In this document: positions 36,485-45,573 of the stretch, piece by piece
How positions within the stretch are numbered: position 1 is the stretch's first letter
Layout: every line of letters starts with the position of its first letter
Assembly (NCBI GenBank): GCA_900542175.1
Contig: UQNC01000001.1
Location: 6,831-70,830, forward strand
DNA: 64,000 bases
Source: an uncultured Collinsella sp.
GTDB lineage: Bacteria > Actinomycetota > Coriobacteriia > Coriobacteriales > Coriobacteriaceae
Reading direction: 5' to 3'
The notes under the pieces: model-generated
What the model was told of the DNA's origin: nothing
The model's database searches: none
Seen by the model: only the letters and a program-made list of their open reading frames with translations
Program-made: the position numbers and the translations under genes

Positions 36485-36517
36485 TCTTTGTCTGCTGAGC
36501 TAGCTCATCGAAGAAGG

Positions 36518-36551
36518 GGCCCGTATCTGTTGGGATACGGGCCCTTTGCAA
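36518..36551 (+). terminator. rho-independent terminator after pgi
   Basis: GGGCCCGTATCtgttgGGATACGGGCCC followed by TTTG. Confidence 0.7.
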
Positions 36552-36668
36552 TTTGCCATTTGTCCGCAATCGTTCGGTGTGTTTTGCATTCGTCCTCAAT
36601 TAATCCGTGTGAGGGACGCCCGCCTCGGATATGATGAAGCGCGATAAAAGCGATGCAGGGAGGCATAT

Positions 36669-37511
36669 ATGGCAATCAAAGCCATTGCGATGGATATCGA
36701 CGGTACGCTCACCAATGACCAAAAGGTCATCAGTCCGCGCACGCGTGAGAAGTTGCTCGCGGCGCAGGAGTCGGGCATTAAGCTCATTTTGGCTTCGGGC
36801 CGTCCCGCATGGGGGCTGCATGCCTTGGCGCAGGAGCTCGACCTTCAAAACCATGACGGTCTGCTGGTGGCCTTTAATGGCGCGCATGTGGTCGACGCTC
36901 AGACCGATGAGGTCCTTTTTGACCAGGCCATGCCGGCTGACGAGCTGCACCGTCTGATTGATCACCTGCGTAATTTTGACGTGATCCCTATGATTTCGCT
37001 CGGTCGCGATCTGCACGTCGAGGACTCGTACCGCTGCATGATCACGCTGCCTGACGGCTCGCAGAAGAATATCGTCAAGTATGAGCGCGATGCCTGCGAC
37101 CTTAAGATTCGCGAGGTGGAGAGCCTGCATGAGGTCGCTGATGCTTATCCCGTGGACAAGCTGCTCACTGCGGGCGACCCGGCCTATCTGCAAGCGCATC
37201 ACGAGGAGATGTATGCGCCCTTTACTCAGACGCTTTCGGGCATGTTTACGGCTGACTGGTACTTCGAGTTTACGGCGCCCGGTATCGACAAGGCCCGTGC
37301 GCTCGAGGGTGCCCTGCCCAAGCTCGGCATCGATGCCAGCGAGGTCGTATCGTTTGGCGACGGCCAGAACGACAAGTCCATGATTGAGTGGGCCGGCACC
37401 GGTGTTGCCATGGGCAACGCCGTCGATGAGGTTAAGGCTGTGGCCCAGATGGTGACCGCCAATAACAACGAAGACGGTATTGCGGTGGCGCTGGATAAGC
37501 TGCTGGGTTAG
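36669..37511 (+). CDS. Cof-type HAD-IIB hydrolase (sugar phosphatase-like)
   Basis: IKAIAMDIDGTLT and a C-terminal GDGQNDKSM motif. Confidence 0.85.
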   Translation: MAIKAIAMDIDGTLTNDQKVISPRTREKLLAAQESGIKLILASGRPAWGLHALAQELDLQNHDGLLVAFNGAHVVDAQTDEVLFDQAMPADELHRLIDHLRNFDVIPMISLGRDLHVEDSYRCMITLPDGSQKNIVKYERDACDLKIREVESLHEVADAYPVDKLLTAGDPAYLQAHHEEMYAPFTQTLSGMFTADWYFEFTAPGIDKARALEGALPKLGIDASEVVSFGDGQNDKSMIEWAGTGVAMGNAVDEVKAVAQMVTANNNEDGIAVALDKLLG

Positions 37512-37538
37512 AATCGCCGATAATGCATGGTTCGGGCG

Positions 37539-37566
37539 TCTGCTTACAGGCGCCCTTTTGTTAGGG
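37539..37566 (+). terminator. terminator-like hairpin with U-run
   Basis: GGGCGTCTGcttaCAGGCGCCC followed by TTTTG. Confidence 0.5.
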
Positions 37567-37573
37567 AGGGTGC

Positions 37574-38234
37574 CGTGTCCGCATTTCCGTTCGACGCCGT
37601 TATCTTTGACATGGACGGCGTGATTGTCGATACCGAGTATTACTACCTGGGCGAGACTGCCGCGTTTGCCAAGGAGCTTGGGCTTAATCTGACTCAAGAG
37701 GAGTTGAATGGGCAGGTCGGTACCTCGCATCAGTTCTTCCTGCATTTGCTGGTCGATTGGTTTGAGCGCGCCGGTAAGGGGCATTTCACTGGCGAGGAAG
37801 CGTTGGCCCGTTGGGATGAGTGGGCGCATAAGCGTCCGCGCGACTATCAGGCTTTGATTAACCCAGGCGCCGTGGATACGATTCGAGAGCTGCCGCGCCG
37901 TGGCGTTCGCGTGGCGCTTGCCAGCTCGTCTCCCATGGTCAGCATCGAGGAAGTGCTCAATGCGTGCGGGCTGTCGGATGCCTTTGAGTATGTGGTGAGC
38001 GGCGAGCAGTTTAAGGAGAGCAAGCCCGAGCCCGACATCTACCTGCATGCGCTGGACCTGCTGGGGCTGCCCGCGAATCGCTGCTGCTGCGTTGAGGATT
38101 CGGTGCCTGGCATCACTGCCGGCAAGCGAGCCGGCCTGACAGTCATTGCCAAGCGCGAGGGGCGCTTTGGATTTAGCCAGGATGCCGCGGACAAGATTAT
38201 CGACCAGCTGCCGGAACTGCTGGAACTCGCGTAG
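37574..38234 (+). CDS. HAD-IA hydrolase (beta-phosphoglucomutase-like phosphatase)
   Basis: FDAVIFDMDGVIVDTE motif I. GTG start with a GGGAGGG RBS. Confidence 0.8.
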
Positions 38235-38294
38235 ATCCTGGGCGGTACTGCTGTTACAACAGTAGCTCCGTTGGCATAAGAGAGAGGCGGCGTC

Positions 38295-39158
38295 ATGGCT
38301 TTTAACGTGAGCGCACTGGGGTTTGGCGACAACGTCGTCGACCGCTACGAGCATATCCACACGATGTATCCGGGTGGCAATGCGGTGAACTTTGCCGTGT
38401 ATGCCAAGAAATGCGGAGCCGCGCGCTCCGCGTATATGGGCATCTTTGGTAATGATGCTGCTGCTGAGCATGTGATTGCGAGTCTTGAGGATGAGGACGT
38501 TGAACTAGCCAAATGCAAGCAGCTCATCGGCGAGAACGGTGCGGCACGCGTTACTGTGGTTGATGGTGATCGTGTCTTTCTTGGCTCCAACGAGGGCGGT
38601 ATCCGTGGCGATGCGCGCTATGTCCTCGATCGCTTTGACCTTTCGTACATGAAGCAGTTCGATGTGGTTCATTCGGGCAACTATTGCTTTACCGAGCGTG
38701 AACTTCCCAAGTTGAAGGCCGCGGGCATCACGGTTTCGTTTGACTTCTCGGACGATTCGACCGACGAGTACTACGAGCAGATTGCTCCCTACGTTGACTT
38801 CGCGTTCTTTAGCGCGGCAGACGTTGCGAGCGAGGATGAGATTCGCGAGCGCCTTGCCTGGGTGAAGGGCTTGGGCCCATGTTTTGTGTCAGCAACGGCT
38901 GGCGCTGAGGGCTGCATTGCCTATGACGGCGAGCGTTACTATCGGCAGCATGCCAAGCCCGTGGCAGACATGAAGGACACCATGGGTGCGGGCGACTCGT
39001 TCCTGACTTCGTTCCTGATGTGCTATCTCGATTCCGCCAAGCGTGGCGAGGATGGTGCCGAGGCCATCGAGCGCGCACTCGACTTTGCGGCGGGGTTTGC
39101 TTCGACCGTATGCGGCATGGAAGGCTCCTGGGGCCATGGAGCGCCGATTTCCGAATAG
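38295..39158 (+). CDS. PfkB family carbohydrate kinase (fructoselysine/ketosamine kinase-like)
   Basis: TMGAGDSF ribokinase-family anion-hole motif. Confidence 0.8.
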   Translation: MAFNVSALGFGDNVVDRYEHIHTMYPGGNAVNFAVYAKKCGAARSAYMGIFGNDAAAEHVIASLEDEDVELAKCKQLIGENGAARVTVVDGDRVFLGSNEGGIRGDARYVLDRFDLSYMKQFDVVHSGNYCFTERELPKLKAAGITVSFDFSDDSTDEYYEQIAPYVDFAFFSAADVASEDEIRERLAWVKGLGPCFVSATAGAEGCIAYDGERYYRQHAKPVADMKDTMGAGDSFLTSFLMCYLDSAKRGEDGAEAIERALDFAAGFASTVCGMEGSWGHGAPISE

Positions 39159-39165
39159 GTGAGCA

Positions 39166-39200
39166 GTCCCGGGGAGTCGAATTGTCACCTCCCCGGGACC
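39166..39200 (+). terminator. hairpin after the PfkB kinase gene
   Basis: GTCCCGGGGAgtcgaattgtcaccTCCCCGGGAC. Confidence 0.5.
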
Positions 39201-39206
39201 TCGTGT

Positions 39207-39428
39207 GCAAAAAATGCCGAATATGAGTACTGTCATTAATTTAGTAACAGCAAAATCGGCCCTTTGAGGCTCTGCTTGAGGTTCTGCAGCCGATTAAAAC
39301 CTGGTAAATATGGCCTTGTCCATGTTAAAGCGCCTTGATAATGAACGGTTGTTCACTATCAAGGCATTGTTTTGACACAATGTAATGTTACTAGCTTTGC
39401 AACAGTACTCATATTTGGCATTTTTTGC
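39207..39428. mobile_element. MITE-like non-autonomous element: 27-bp terminal inverted repeats enclosing a 168-bp low-GC core
   Basis: Left TIR GCAAAAAATGCCGAATATGAGTACTGT (39207-39233) matches the reverse complement of the right TIR (39402-39428) at 26 of 27 positions. The core is low-GC, has an internal palindrome and has no ORF. Confidence 0.5.
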
Positions 39429-39437
39429 CCACCGGGG

Positions 39438-40220
39438 TCAGCGGAAGGCGAAAATGGAGCGTGAATTATCTAAAACGATCGATTCGATACTCTCCGCGGC
39501 GTAGTTTTTAAGTTCGGCAATGTGTCGGGAGGTACTTTTTAGCGATGCGACGAGCTGCTGCGCGCTTGTGTTTGATTGCTGGTCGAATGGTGCATCGGTC
39601 TCGAGCAGTAAACGGTCGAGTGGAATCTGTCGTGCGTATTCGCGACCGCGCTTGGTGGCGAGCATACGTTCGTTGACGGAAAAATGGCAGCCCGCATTAC
39701 GCGCGCGGACGAGTTCGTCCGAAGTACCGCTAAACCAGTGGAAGATGATAACGGGGGAGTCGGGGTTTGGGATGAGTAATCCGTGCGATTCGAGGACGTC
39801 CAGTACGGTTCCTGCCGAACGAACGGCGTGAATTGATATCACGCGCCCGGTAAGAGGATGCTGCGCGAGTGTATCGCAGAGCCGGTCAAATGCCTGTATT
39901 TGTAGCGGCTCACTTCCGGCAAAACGAGCGGAAAAGTCGAGTCCCACCTCGCCGATGTAGCGCTCTTGGGCAGCAACTTCGCAAAGCAGATTGACTTCGA
40001 CAGGACCGCACCGACCATCGGCGATCCACCAGGGATGGAGGCCGGCGCCCGCGATAATGTTTCGGTAGCGGCTGGCACGCTCGTTTGCGGCCAAAAAGTC
40101 GCGTGGATCGACGCCGCAATCAAATAGACCCAAGCCCAGTGCCGTCGCCTCATCGGCAACGGCGTCCGGGTGAACCATCAAATCAAGATGGCAGTGTGCA
40201 TCAATTAACTGGGGCTCCAT
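39438..40220 (-). CDS. TatD family metal-dependent hydrolase (DNase)
   Basis: IDAHCHLDL N-terminal motif. Confidence 0.9.
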   Translation of the reverse strand: MEPQLIDAHCHLDLMVHPDAVADEATALGLGLFDCGVDPRDFLAANERASRYRNIIAGAGLHPWWIADGRCGPVEVNLLCEVAAQERYIGEVGLDFSARFAGSEPLQIQAFDRLCDTLAQHPLTGRVISIHAVRSAGTVLDVLESHGLLIPNPDSPVIIFHWFSGTSDELVRARNAGCHFSVNERMLATKRGREYARQIPLDRLLLETDAPFDQQSNTSAQQLVASLKSTSRHIAELKNYAAESIESIVLDNSRSIFAFR

Positions 40221-40234
40221 CTCGGCGCGCTCCG

Positions 40235-41035
40235 CTAGTCCAGGCGTTGGCCGTCGGCGCGCACGCGCTCGGTGCCGCGGCCGCTGATCTGGCGGATAAC
40301 CTCGCCGGCAATCATCTGGCCCATGATGGGCGGCATAAAGCTGGCGGTACCCAACTCGGTACGCTCGTGGATGTTGGACGGGTCGCGGGGTTGGGTCTTA
40401 ACCGATTCCTCGCAGCTAAACAGCACGTGCAGGCTTTTGATTCCGCGCTTCTTACATTCTTTGCGCATAATGCGGCTCATGGGGTCACGTACCGTATCGA
40501 AGATGTCGGCAAAGCGGAGGCACTCGGGATGGAGTTTGTTGGCCCCGCCCATGGAGCTAACCAAACGAATGTCGTGGTCCTGAGCATATTTGGCAATGGT
40601 GAGCTTGGCCGAGATGGTGTCGATGGCGTCGACGACGTAGTCGAGCTTGCCGCCCGTCTGCTCAAAAACGCTCGCAAAGAACTCGTCGATGTTGTCGCTC
40701 AGCAGGTATTCGGTGCGCTTGATAACGGTGGCGGCGGGATTGATATCGTGGATCATGGCTTCCATCACGTCCACTTTGCGCTTGCCGACGGTGCTGTGAA
40801 AGGCGATGGCCTGGCGATTGATATTGCTGGGCGCGATGATGTCCTTGTCCAGAATGACGAAATGACCGATGCCGCCGCGGGCGAGTGCCTCGCAGCAATT
40901 GGAGCCCACGCCACCGCAGCCGAGCACCAGCACCGTGGCGGCGGCGAGTTTGTCGAGCGCCTCGCGGCCCATGATGATTTCGAGCTTGGTATCGCGCGTC
41001 TCGACGAGAGCGGCAGCGGTTTCGGCCATAGACAT
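40235..41035 (-). CDS. tcdA: tRNA threonylcarbamoyladenosine dehydratase (ThiF/MoeB-like E1 fold)
   Basis: VLGCGGVGSNCCEALARGGIGHFVILDKD...NINRQ. Confidence 0.8.
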   Translation of the reverse strand: MSMAETAAALVETRDTKLEIIMGREALDKLAAATVLVLGCGGVGSNCCEALARGGIGHFVILDKDIIAPSNINRQAIAFHSTVGKRKVDVMEAMIHDINPAATVIKRTEYLLSDNIDEFFASVFEQTGGKLDYVVDAIDTISAKLTIAKYAQDHDIRLVSSMGGANKLHPECLRFADIFDTVRDPMSRIMRKECKKRGIKSLHVLFSCEESVKTQPRDPSNIHERTELGTASFMPPIMGQMIAGEVIRQISGRGTERVRADGQRLD

Positions 41036-41208
41036 CCTCCGATTGGGAAGCGAATCGTGTTTTAGCTATCGTCATTATAGGTAATCGCCCATAGGTTGCG
41101 ATGGCGTTTGCTTTGATGTGGATTGAAGCATTTCGATTAGATAGTTAGACAAACATCTAAATATCGAGTATAGTGTGCGCGTCATGAGAGATGATGAGAG
41201 GAGGTCTT

Positions 41209-41487
41209 ATGCCGGGAGAGGGCTTTAAGGCGCTTGCCGATCCAACGCGACGGCGCATTTTGGAGTTGCTGCGCGAGGGCAATTGCACGGCGGGGGAGCT
41301 TGCCGAGCATTTCGATATCAGTAAGCCGTCGCTGAGCCATCACTTGGCGACGCTCAAAAACGCCGGGTTGGTGACCGACGAGCGCCATGGCCAAAACATC
41401 GTATACAGCTTAAACACCACCGTCATGCAGGATTTAATTGGTTGGTTTATGGGCTTTACAAACACGGAAGGTGATAAGGATGAATAA
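41209..41487 (+). CDS. ArsR/SmtB family transcriptional regulator (SdpR-like)
   Basis: ALADPTRRRILELL...AGELAEHFDISKPSLSHHL winged helix. Confidence 0.8.
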   Translation: MPGEGFKALADPTRRRILELLREGNCTAGELAEHFDISKPSLSHHLATLKNAGLVTDERHGQNIVYSLNTTVMQDLIGWFMGFTNTEGDKDE

Positions 41488-42184
41488 CGAAAACAAGGGC
41501 ATTCACGCCACGGGGGTATCGCGGCGTGTGTGGATTGCGCTGATCGCTCTGTGCGTCGCCAATGTCGTAGCGCACCTCATGGTGATGCCGAGCCTGCCTG
41601 GGCAGATTCCCACGCACTGGGGCGCGAACGGAGCCGTCGACGGTTGGGGTCCCAGCTGGATGGCCTCCGCGCTCGGCGTGCTGCCTCTGGTGCTTCTCGC
41701 AATGTTCTGCGTGGTGCCGCGCATCGATCCCAAAGGTGAGGCATATCGAACCTCGGGCAAGTTCTATCAGGGCTTCGTAATCGCCTTCACCTTGTTCATG
41801 TGCGCCATAAGCTGGCTGGGAGAGCTTACGGTCTGGGGCGTGGTGCCGGCGGTCGGTTCGGTTAACGTGCTGATTTCCGGTGTTGTCGGTTTGCTGTTCA
41901 TCGGCGTAGGCAACTACTTGCCGCGTGTGAAGCAGAACTATACGCTCGGTATCAAGACGCCTTGGGCGCTTGCCAATCCCGAGAACTGGCGCCGTACGCA
42001 GCGCTTTGGCGGTGCCTGCTTTATGGTGCTGGGCTTTGGCCTGATTGTGATGGGCGTGGCGGGTAGCGTGCTTTCGAGTGAAGTCGTCGCCGCGGTGATT
42101 GCGGTTCTGGCGTTTGGTTCGGTTGGAGCCGTCTACGTCTACTCGTATCTGCTGTGGCGCAAATCGCAGCGAGCCGCTCGCTAA
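41480..42184 (+). CDS. SdpI/YhfL-family membrane protein (DUF1648 + SdpI immunity-protein-like)
   Basis: Polytopic membrane protein directly downstream of, and overlapping, the ArsR gene, as in sdpR-sdpI. Confidence 0.65.
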   Translation: MNNENKGIHATGVSRRVWIALIALCVANVVAHLMVMPSLPGQIPTHWGANGAVDGWGPSWMASALGVLPLVLLAMFCVVPRIDPKGEAYRTSGKFYQGFVIAFTLFMCAISWLGELTVWGVVPAVGSVNVLISGVVGLLFIGVGNYLPRVKQNYTLGIKTPWALANPENWRRTQRFGGACFMVLGFGLIVMGVAGSVLSSEVVAAVIAVLAFGSVGAVYVYSYLLWRKSQRAAR

Positions 42185-42369
42185 GGTTGCGGAAAACTAG
42201 CGTACGCAGTTCATAGTATGTTCCGGGGGAACTTTTCCCAGGTAGTATTAGGGGGTATGGGCAACCATGCCCCTACTTCGTTACGTTTCAGAGCTGGTTT
42301 TTCCATTTCGTTTCCACTAAAGCGAAACAAGAATAGGAAAACAGCAGGTAGAAAGGATAAAACAGGCAT

Positions 42370-44049
42370 ATGGCGGAGTTTATCTACCAGATGTATCAGG
42401 CTCGCAAGGCCCATGGCGACAAGGTGATCCTTGACGACGTGACCCTGAGCTTCTACCCCGGTGCCAAGATCGGCGTTGTGGGTCCCAACGGCATGGGCAA
42501 GTCGACCCTGCTCAAGATCATGGCCGGCATCGAGGAGGTCTCCAACGGCGATGCCAGGCTCACCCCCGGCTACACTGTGGGCATCCTGCAGCAGGAGCCG
42601 CCGCTCGATGACGACAAGACCGTCATCGAGAACGTGCGCATGGCGTTTGGTGATATGATCGCCAAGGTCGATCGCTTCAATAAGATCGGCGAGGAGATGT
42701 GCGACCCGGATTGCGACATGGACGCCCTCATGGCCGAGATGGGCAAGCTCCAGGACGAGATCGACGCCGCCGACGGCTGGGATATCGATTCCAAGCTCGG
42801 CCAGGCCATGGACGCCCTGCAGCTGCCCGATTCCGACATGCCGGTCAACGTGCTTTCCGGCGGCGAGCGTCGTCGCGTGGCCCTGTGCAAGCTGCTGCTC
42901 GAGGCTCCCGACCTGCTGTTGCTCGACGAGCCCACGAACCACCTGGACGCCGAGTCGATCCTGTGGCTCGAGCATTTCCTGCACAACTACCAGGGTGCAG
43001 TGCTGGCCGTCACGCACGACCGCTACTTCTTGGATAACGTTGCCGAGTGGATCTGCGAGGTCGACCGCGGCCACCTCTATCCCTACAAGGGCAACTACTC
43101 CACGTATCTGGAGACCAAGGCCGCCCGTATTGAGGCTCAGGGTAACCGCGACGCCAAGCTCGCCAAGCGCATGGAGGCCGAGCTCGAGTGGGTGCGCAGC
43201 TCGCCCAAGGCCCGTCAGGCCAAGAACAAGGCCCGTCTGGCTCGCTACGAGGAGATGGAGGCCGAGGCCCGCGCAAGCCAGAAGCTCGACTGGACCGACA
43301 TCCGCATCCCCGTTGGACCGCGTCTGGGCAACAAGGTGCTTGAGGCCCATCACCTGCACAAGGAGTTCGACGGTCGCGTGCTCATCGACGACCTTTCGTT
43401 CACCCTGCCGCGCAACGGCATCGTGGGCGTCATCGGCCCCAACGGTGTCGGTAAGACCACGCTGTTCAAGACCATCGTGGGTCTGGAGCCGCTGACTTCG
43501 GGCGAGCTCGAGGTGGGCGAGACCGTCAAGATCTCCTACGTCGACCAGAACCGTTCCGGCATCGACCCCGATAAGAACCTATGGGAGGTCGTCTCGGACG
43601 GCCTGGACCACATGATGGTCGGCGAGACCGAGGTTCCGAGCCGCGCGTATGTGGCGAGCTTTGGCTTTAAGGGCCAGGACCAGCAGAAGCGCGCTGGCGT
43701 GCTCTCCGGCGGCGAGCGCAACCGTCTGAACTTGGCGCTTACGCTCAAGCAGGGCGGCAACCTGCTGCTTCTCGACGAGCCCACGAACGACCTCGACGTC
43801 GAGACGCTGTCCTCGCTCGAAGCGGCGCTGCTCGAGTTCCCGGGCTGCTCGGTGGTCATTAGCCACGATCGTATGTTCCTGGACCGCGTCGCCACGCACA
43901 TTCTGGCGTGGGAGGGCACCGACGAGAATCCGGGCAACTGGTATTGGTTCGAGGGCAACTTCGAGGCCTATCAGGCCAACCGCATCGAGCGCCTGGGCGA
44001 GGACGCAGCCCAGCCGCATCGTATCCACCGCAAGCTCACGCGTGACTAG
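42370..44049 (+). CDS. ettA: ABC-F family ATPase (energy-dependent translational throttle EttA-like)
   Basis: Two ABC cassettes (GPNGMGKST / GPNGVGKTT, LSGGERRRV / LSGGERNRL), no TM domain, N-terminus MAEFIYQMY. Confidence 0.9.
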   Translation: MAEFIYQMYQARKAHGDKVILDDVTLSFYPGAKIGVVGPNGMGKSTLLKIMAGIEEVSNGDARLTPGYTVGILQQEPPLDDDKTVIENVRMAFGDMIAKVDRFNKIGEEMCDPDCDMDALMAEMGKLQDEIDAADGWDIDSKLGQAMDALQLPDSDMPVNVLSGGERRRVALCKLLLEAPDLLLLDEPTNHLDAESILWLEHFLHNYQGAVLAVTHDRYFLDNVAEWICEVDRGHLYPYKGNYSTYLETKAARIEAQGNRDAKLAKRMEAELEWVRSSPKARQAKNKARLARYEEMEAEARASQKLDWTDIRIPVGPRLGNKVLEAHHLHKEFDGRVLIDDLSFTLPRNGIVGVIGPNGVGKTTLFKTIVGLEPLTSGELEVGETVKISYVDQNRSGIDPDKNLWEVVSDGLDHMMVGETEVPSRAYVASFGFKGQDQQKRAGVLSGGERNRLNLALTLKQGGNLLLLDEPTNDLDVETLSSLEAALLEFPGCSVVISHDRMFLDRVATHILAWEGTDENPGNWYWFEGNFEAYQANRIERLGEDAAQPHRIHRKLTRD

Positions 44050-44081
44050 GTTTATTGCTGGTTTGGTTACGTAACATCAAC

Positions 44082-44122
44082 AAATAAAAACGGCTCAAAT
44101 CCTGATTTGGATTTGAGCCGTT
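44082..44122. terminator. bidirectional terminator between ettA and the convergent minus-strand gene
   Basis: AAAAACGGCTCAAATCCtgatTTGGATTTGAGCCGTTTG. Confidence 0.75.
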
Positions 44123-44127
44123 TGTCG

Positions 44128-45435
44128 TTACTGCTCGGGTTCTTCGACTTTGTCGATAGCCCAGGTGGCTCCGAGGCCGCCGGTGGTGTTGCGGCGGATG
44201 CGCACGGCAACCTCGCGGCGCTCGCCGGCCTGCGTGTAGTGCAGGGGGAAGCTTGCGCGGTTTCGCGCGGCCTCGATGGTACCGCGCTCGCGGGCGATCC
44301 AGTAGTACTCGCCGACGATGCCGAGCGTGTCGGCGCCGTAGGGGAGATAGGTCGACAGCTGGTGCAGAAGCGGGCCGGGGCAGAAGACCTCGGTTGCGAA
44401 ATCGACGGGGAAGTCCTCGGGGATGGCGGGCGCTACGGGTGCGGGGGTTGGGGCCGCTGCGGGTGCCGAAGCCGGTGCGGATGCGGGAATTTGATCGCAA
44501 GCAGCGGCGGGCACGGATTCGACGACGGGTGCGGGCTCCGACGTTACTTCCGGCTTGATCTCGGAATCTGCGGGCTTCACGGTGACGGGCGCGTCTGCAA
44601 CTGCGGTTTCAACCTCAACCTGCGTCGCGTTCTCGTTCTCGACGCTCGACTTTGCCTCGATGGGCGTGGATGCCATGGTGGTGATGCCGGCGTTTGCGTT
44701 CTCGGGGTCATAGACGACCGTGAGCGAGATGGCAGGCTGCGGCGCCTCGGGCTCCGATGCCGCCTCGGTAGCGTCTTGATCGGCGGGCTCGTCGGGCTGA
44801 TCGTCCTCGGCCTCGTCGCCAAAGACATCGCTGTTTTGGAACGCAGACGTCTCGGGTTGGTTAGCGGCTTCTTCGGTTGTCGACTTGGGAGCCTCGTTGA
44901 GCTCCGTAGTGGCTTCCTGCTCGGATATGACTTTGGGATCGGTCGTGGCGGCGATTTCGGTTTCGGCTTCTGCCGTTACCTCAATAGCGACTTCGATCTC
45001 TGTCTCGGGCTCGGGCTCCGGCACAGCTTCAGCCACGGGCTCGGGCTCGGGACGCTTAACGTGCTTGGGGCGCACGGCCTTGAGGTCCTTCTCGCCGCGC
45101 TTTTTCTTTTTGTAGGACTGCTTGGCTCCCTTGGCTGCCTTGGGCTTGTCCTCGCCCTTGGCAAGGGCGGTATCCCAGACCTCGTTAGCGATGACGGTGG
45201 CATACAGGCGACCGCCCTTAAAGACAGTCAACTTAATGCAGTCGTCGAGCTCCTCGAGCAGCTCGCGCGTGGACTCGAAGCCCAGGTCATAAGCAGTCAT
45301 GTCGCCCGCGGCGAGCGCCTCTTCGACCTGCGTCATAAACGTTTGCTTGCCGCATCCAATCGCATCGCGCAGCAGGCGATACAGATAGATGTGGTTGCCC
45401 AGCGATAGCGTGGGCCTAACTATTGTCTTGCTCAT
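44128..45435 (-). CDS. hypothetical protein with a Pro/Glu/Ala-rich low-complexity central region
   Basis: Structured N-terminal and C-terminal domains flanking PEPEPVAEAVPEPEPE...APASAPAAAPTPAP. No domain recognised. Confidence 0.55.
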   Translation of the reverse strand: MSKTIVRPTLSLGNHIYLYRLLRDAIGCGKQTFMTQVEEALAAGDMTAYDLGFESTRELLEELDDCIKLTVFKGGRLYATVIANEVWDTALAKGEDKPKAAKGAKQSYKKKKRGEKDLKAVRPKHVKRPEPEPVAEAVPEPEPETEIEVAIEVTAEAETEIAATTDPKVISEQEATTELNEAPKSTTEEAANQPETSAFQNSDVFGDEAEDDQPDEPADQDATEAASEPEAPQPAISLTVVYDPENANAGITTMASTPIEAKSSVENENATQVEVETAVADAPVTVKPADSEIKPEVTSEPAPVVESVPAAACDQIPASAPASAPAAAPTPAPVAPAIPEDFPVDFATEVFCPGPLLHQLSTYLPYGADTLGIVGEYYWIARERGTIEAARNRASFPLHYTQAGERREVAVRIRRNTTGGLGATWAIDKVEEPEQ

Positions 45436-45573
45436 GGCAAATCTCCTCTTTACACACCAAAGCATCTTACCATCGCACGGGCCTTGCCATCTCGTCGCCC
45501 AAGGTAAACGGGCGCGACCGTTGCCGGTTCGCGCCCGTTATGCAGGTCGGTTATCTATGAGAGACAAACGTGC

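Noticed and set aside
36600-38471. 623-aa minus-strand ORF spanning the two HAD hydrolase genes
   Set aside because: Antisense to two plus-strand genes that have clear HAD motifs and RBSs; no domain signatures.
42211-43359. 382-aa minus-strand ORF
   Set aside because: Lies entirely antisense to the well-supported ettA ABC-F gene (Walker/signature motifs on the plus strand). A typical GC-rich shadow ORF with low-complexity Leu/Gly/Val content.
44107-45408. 433-aa plus-strand ORF
   Set aside because: Generated by the repetitive GC-rich PEPE-coding region of the minus-strand gene. Cys/Gly/Arg-rich nonsense composition, and the minus-strand frame has proper start and terminator context.
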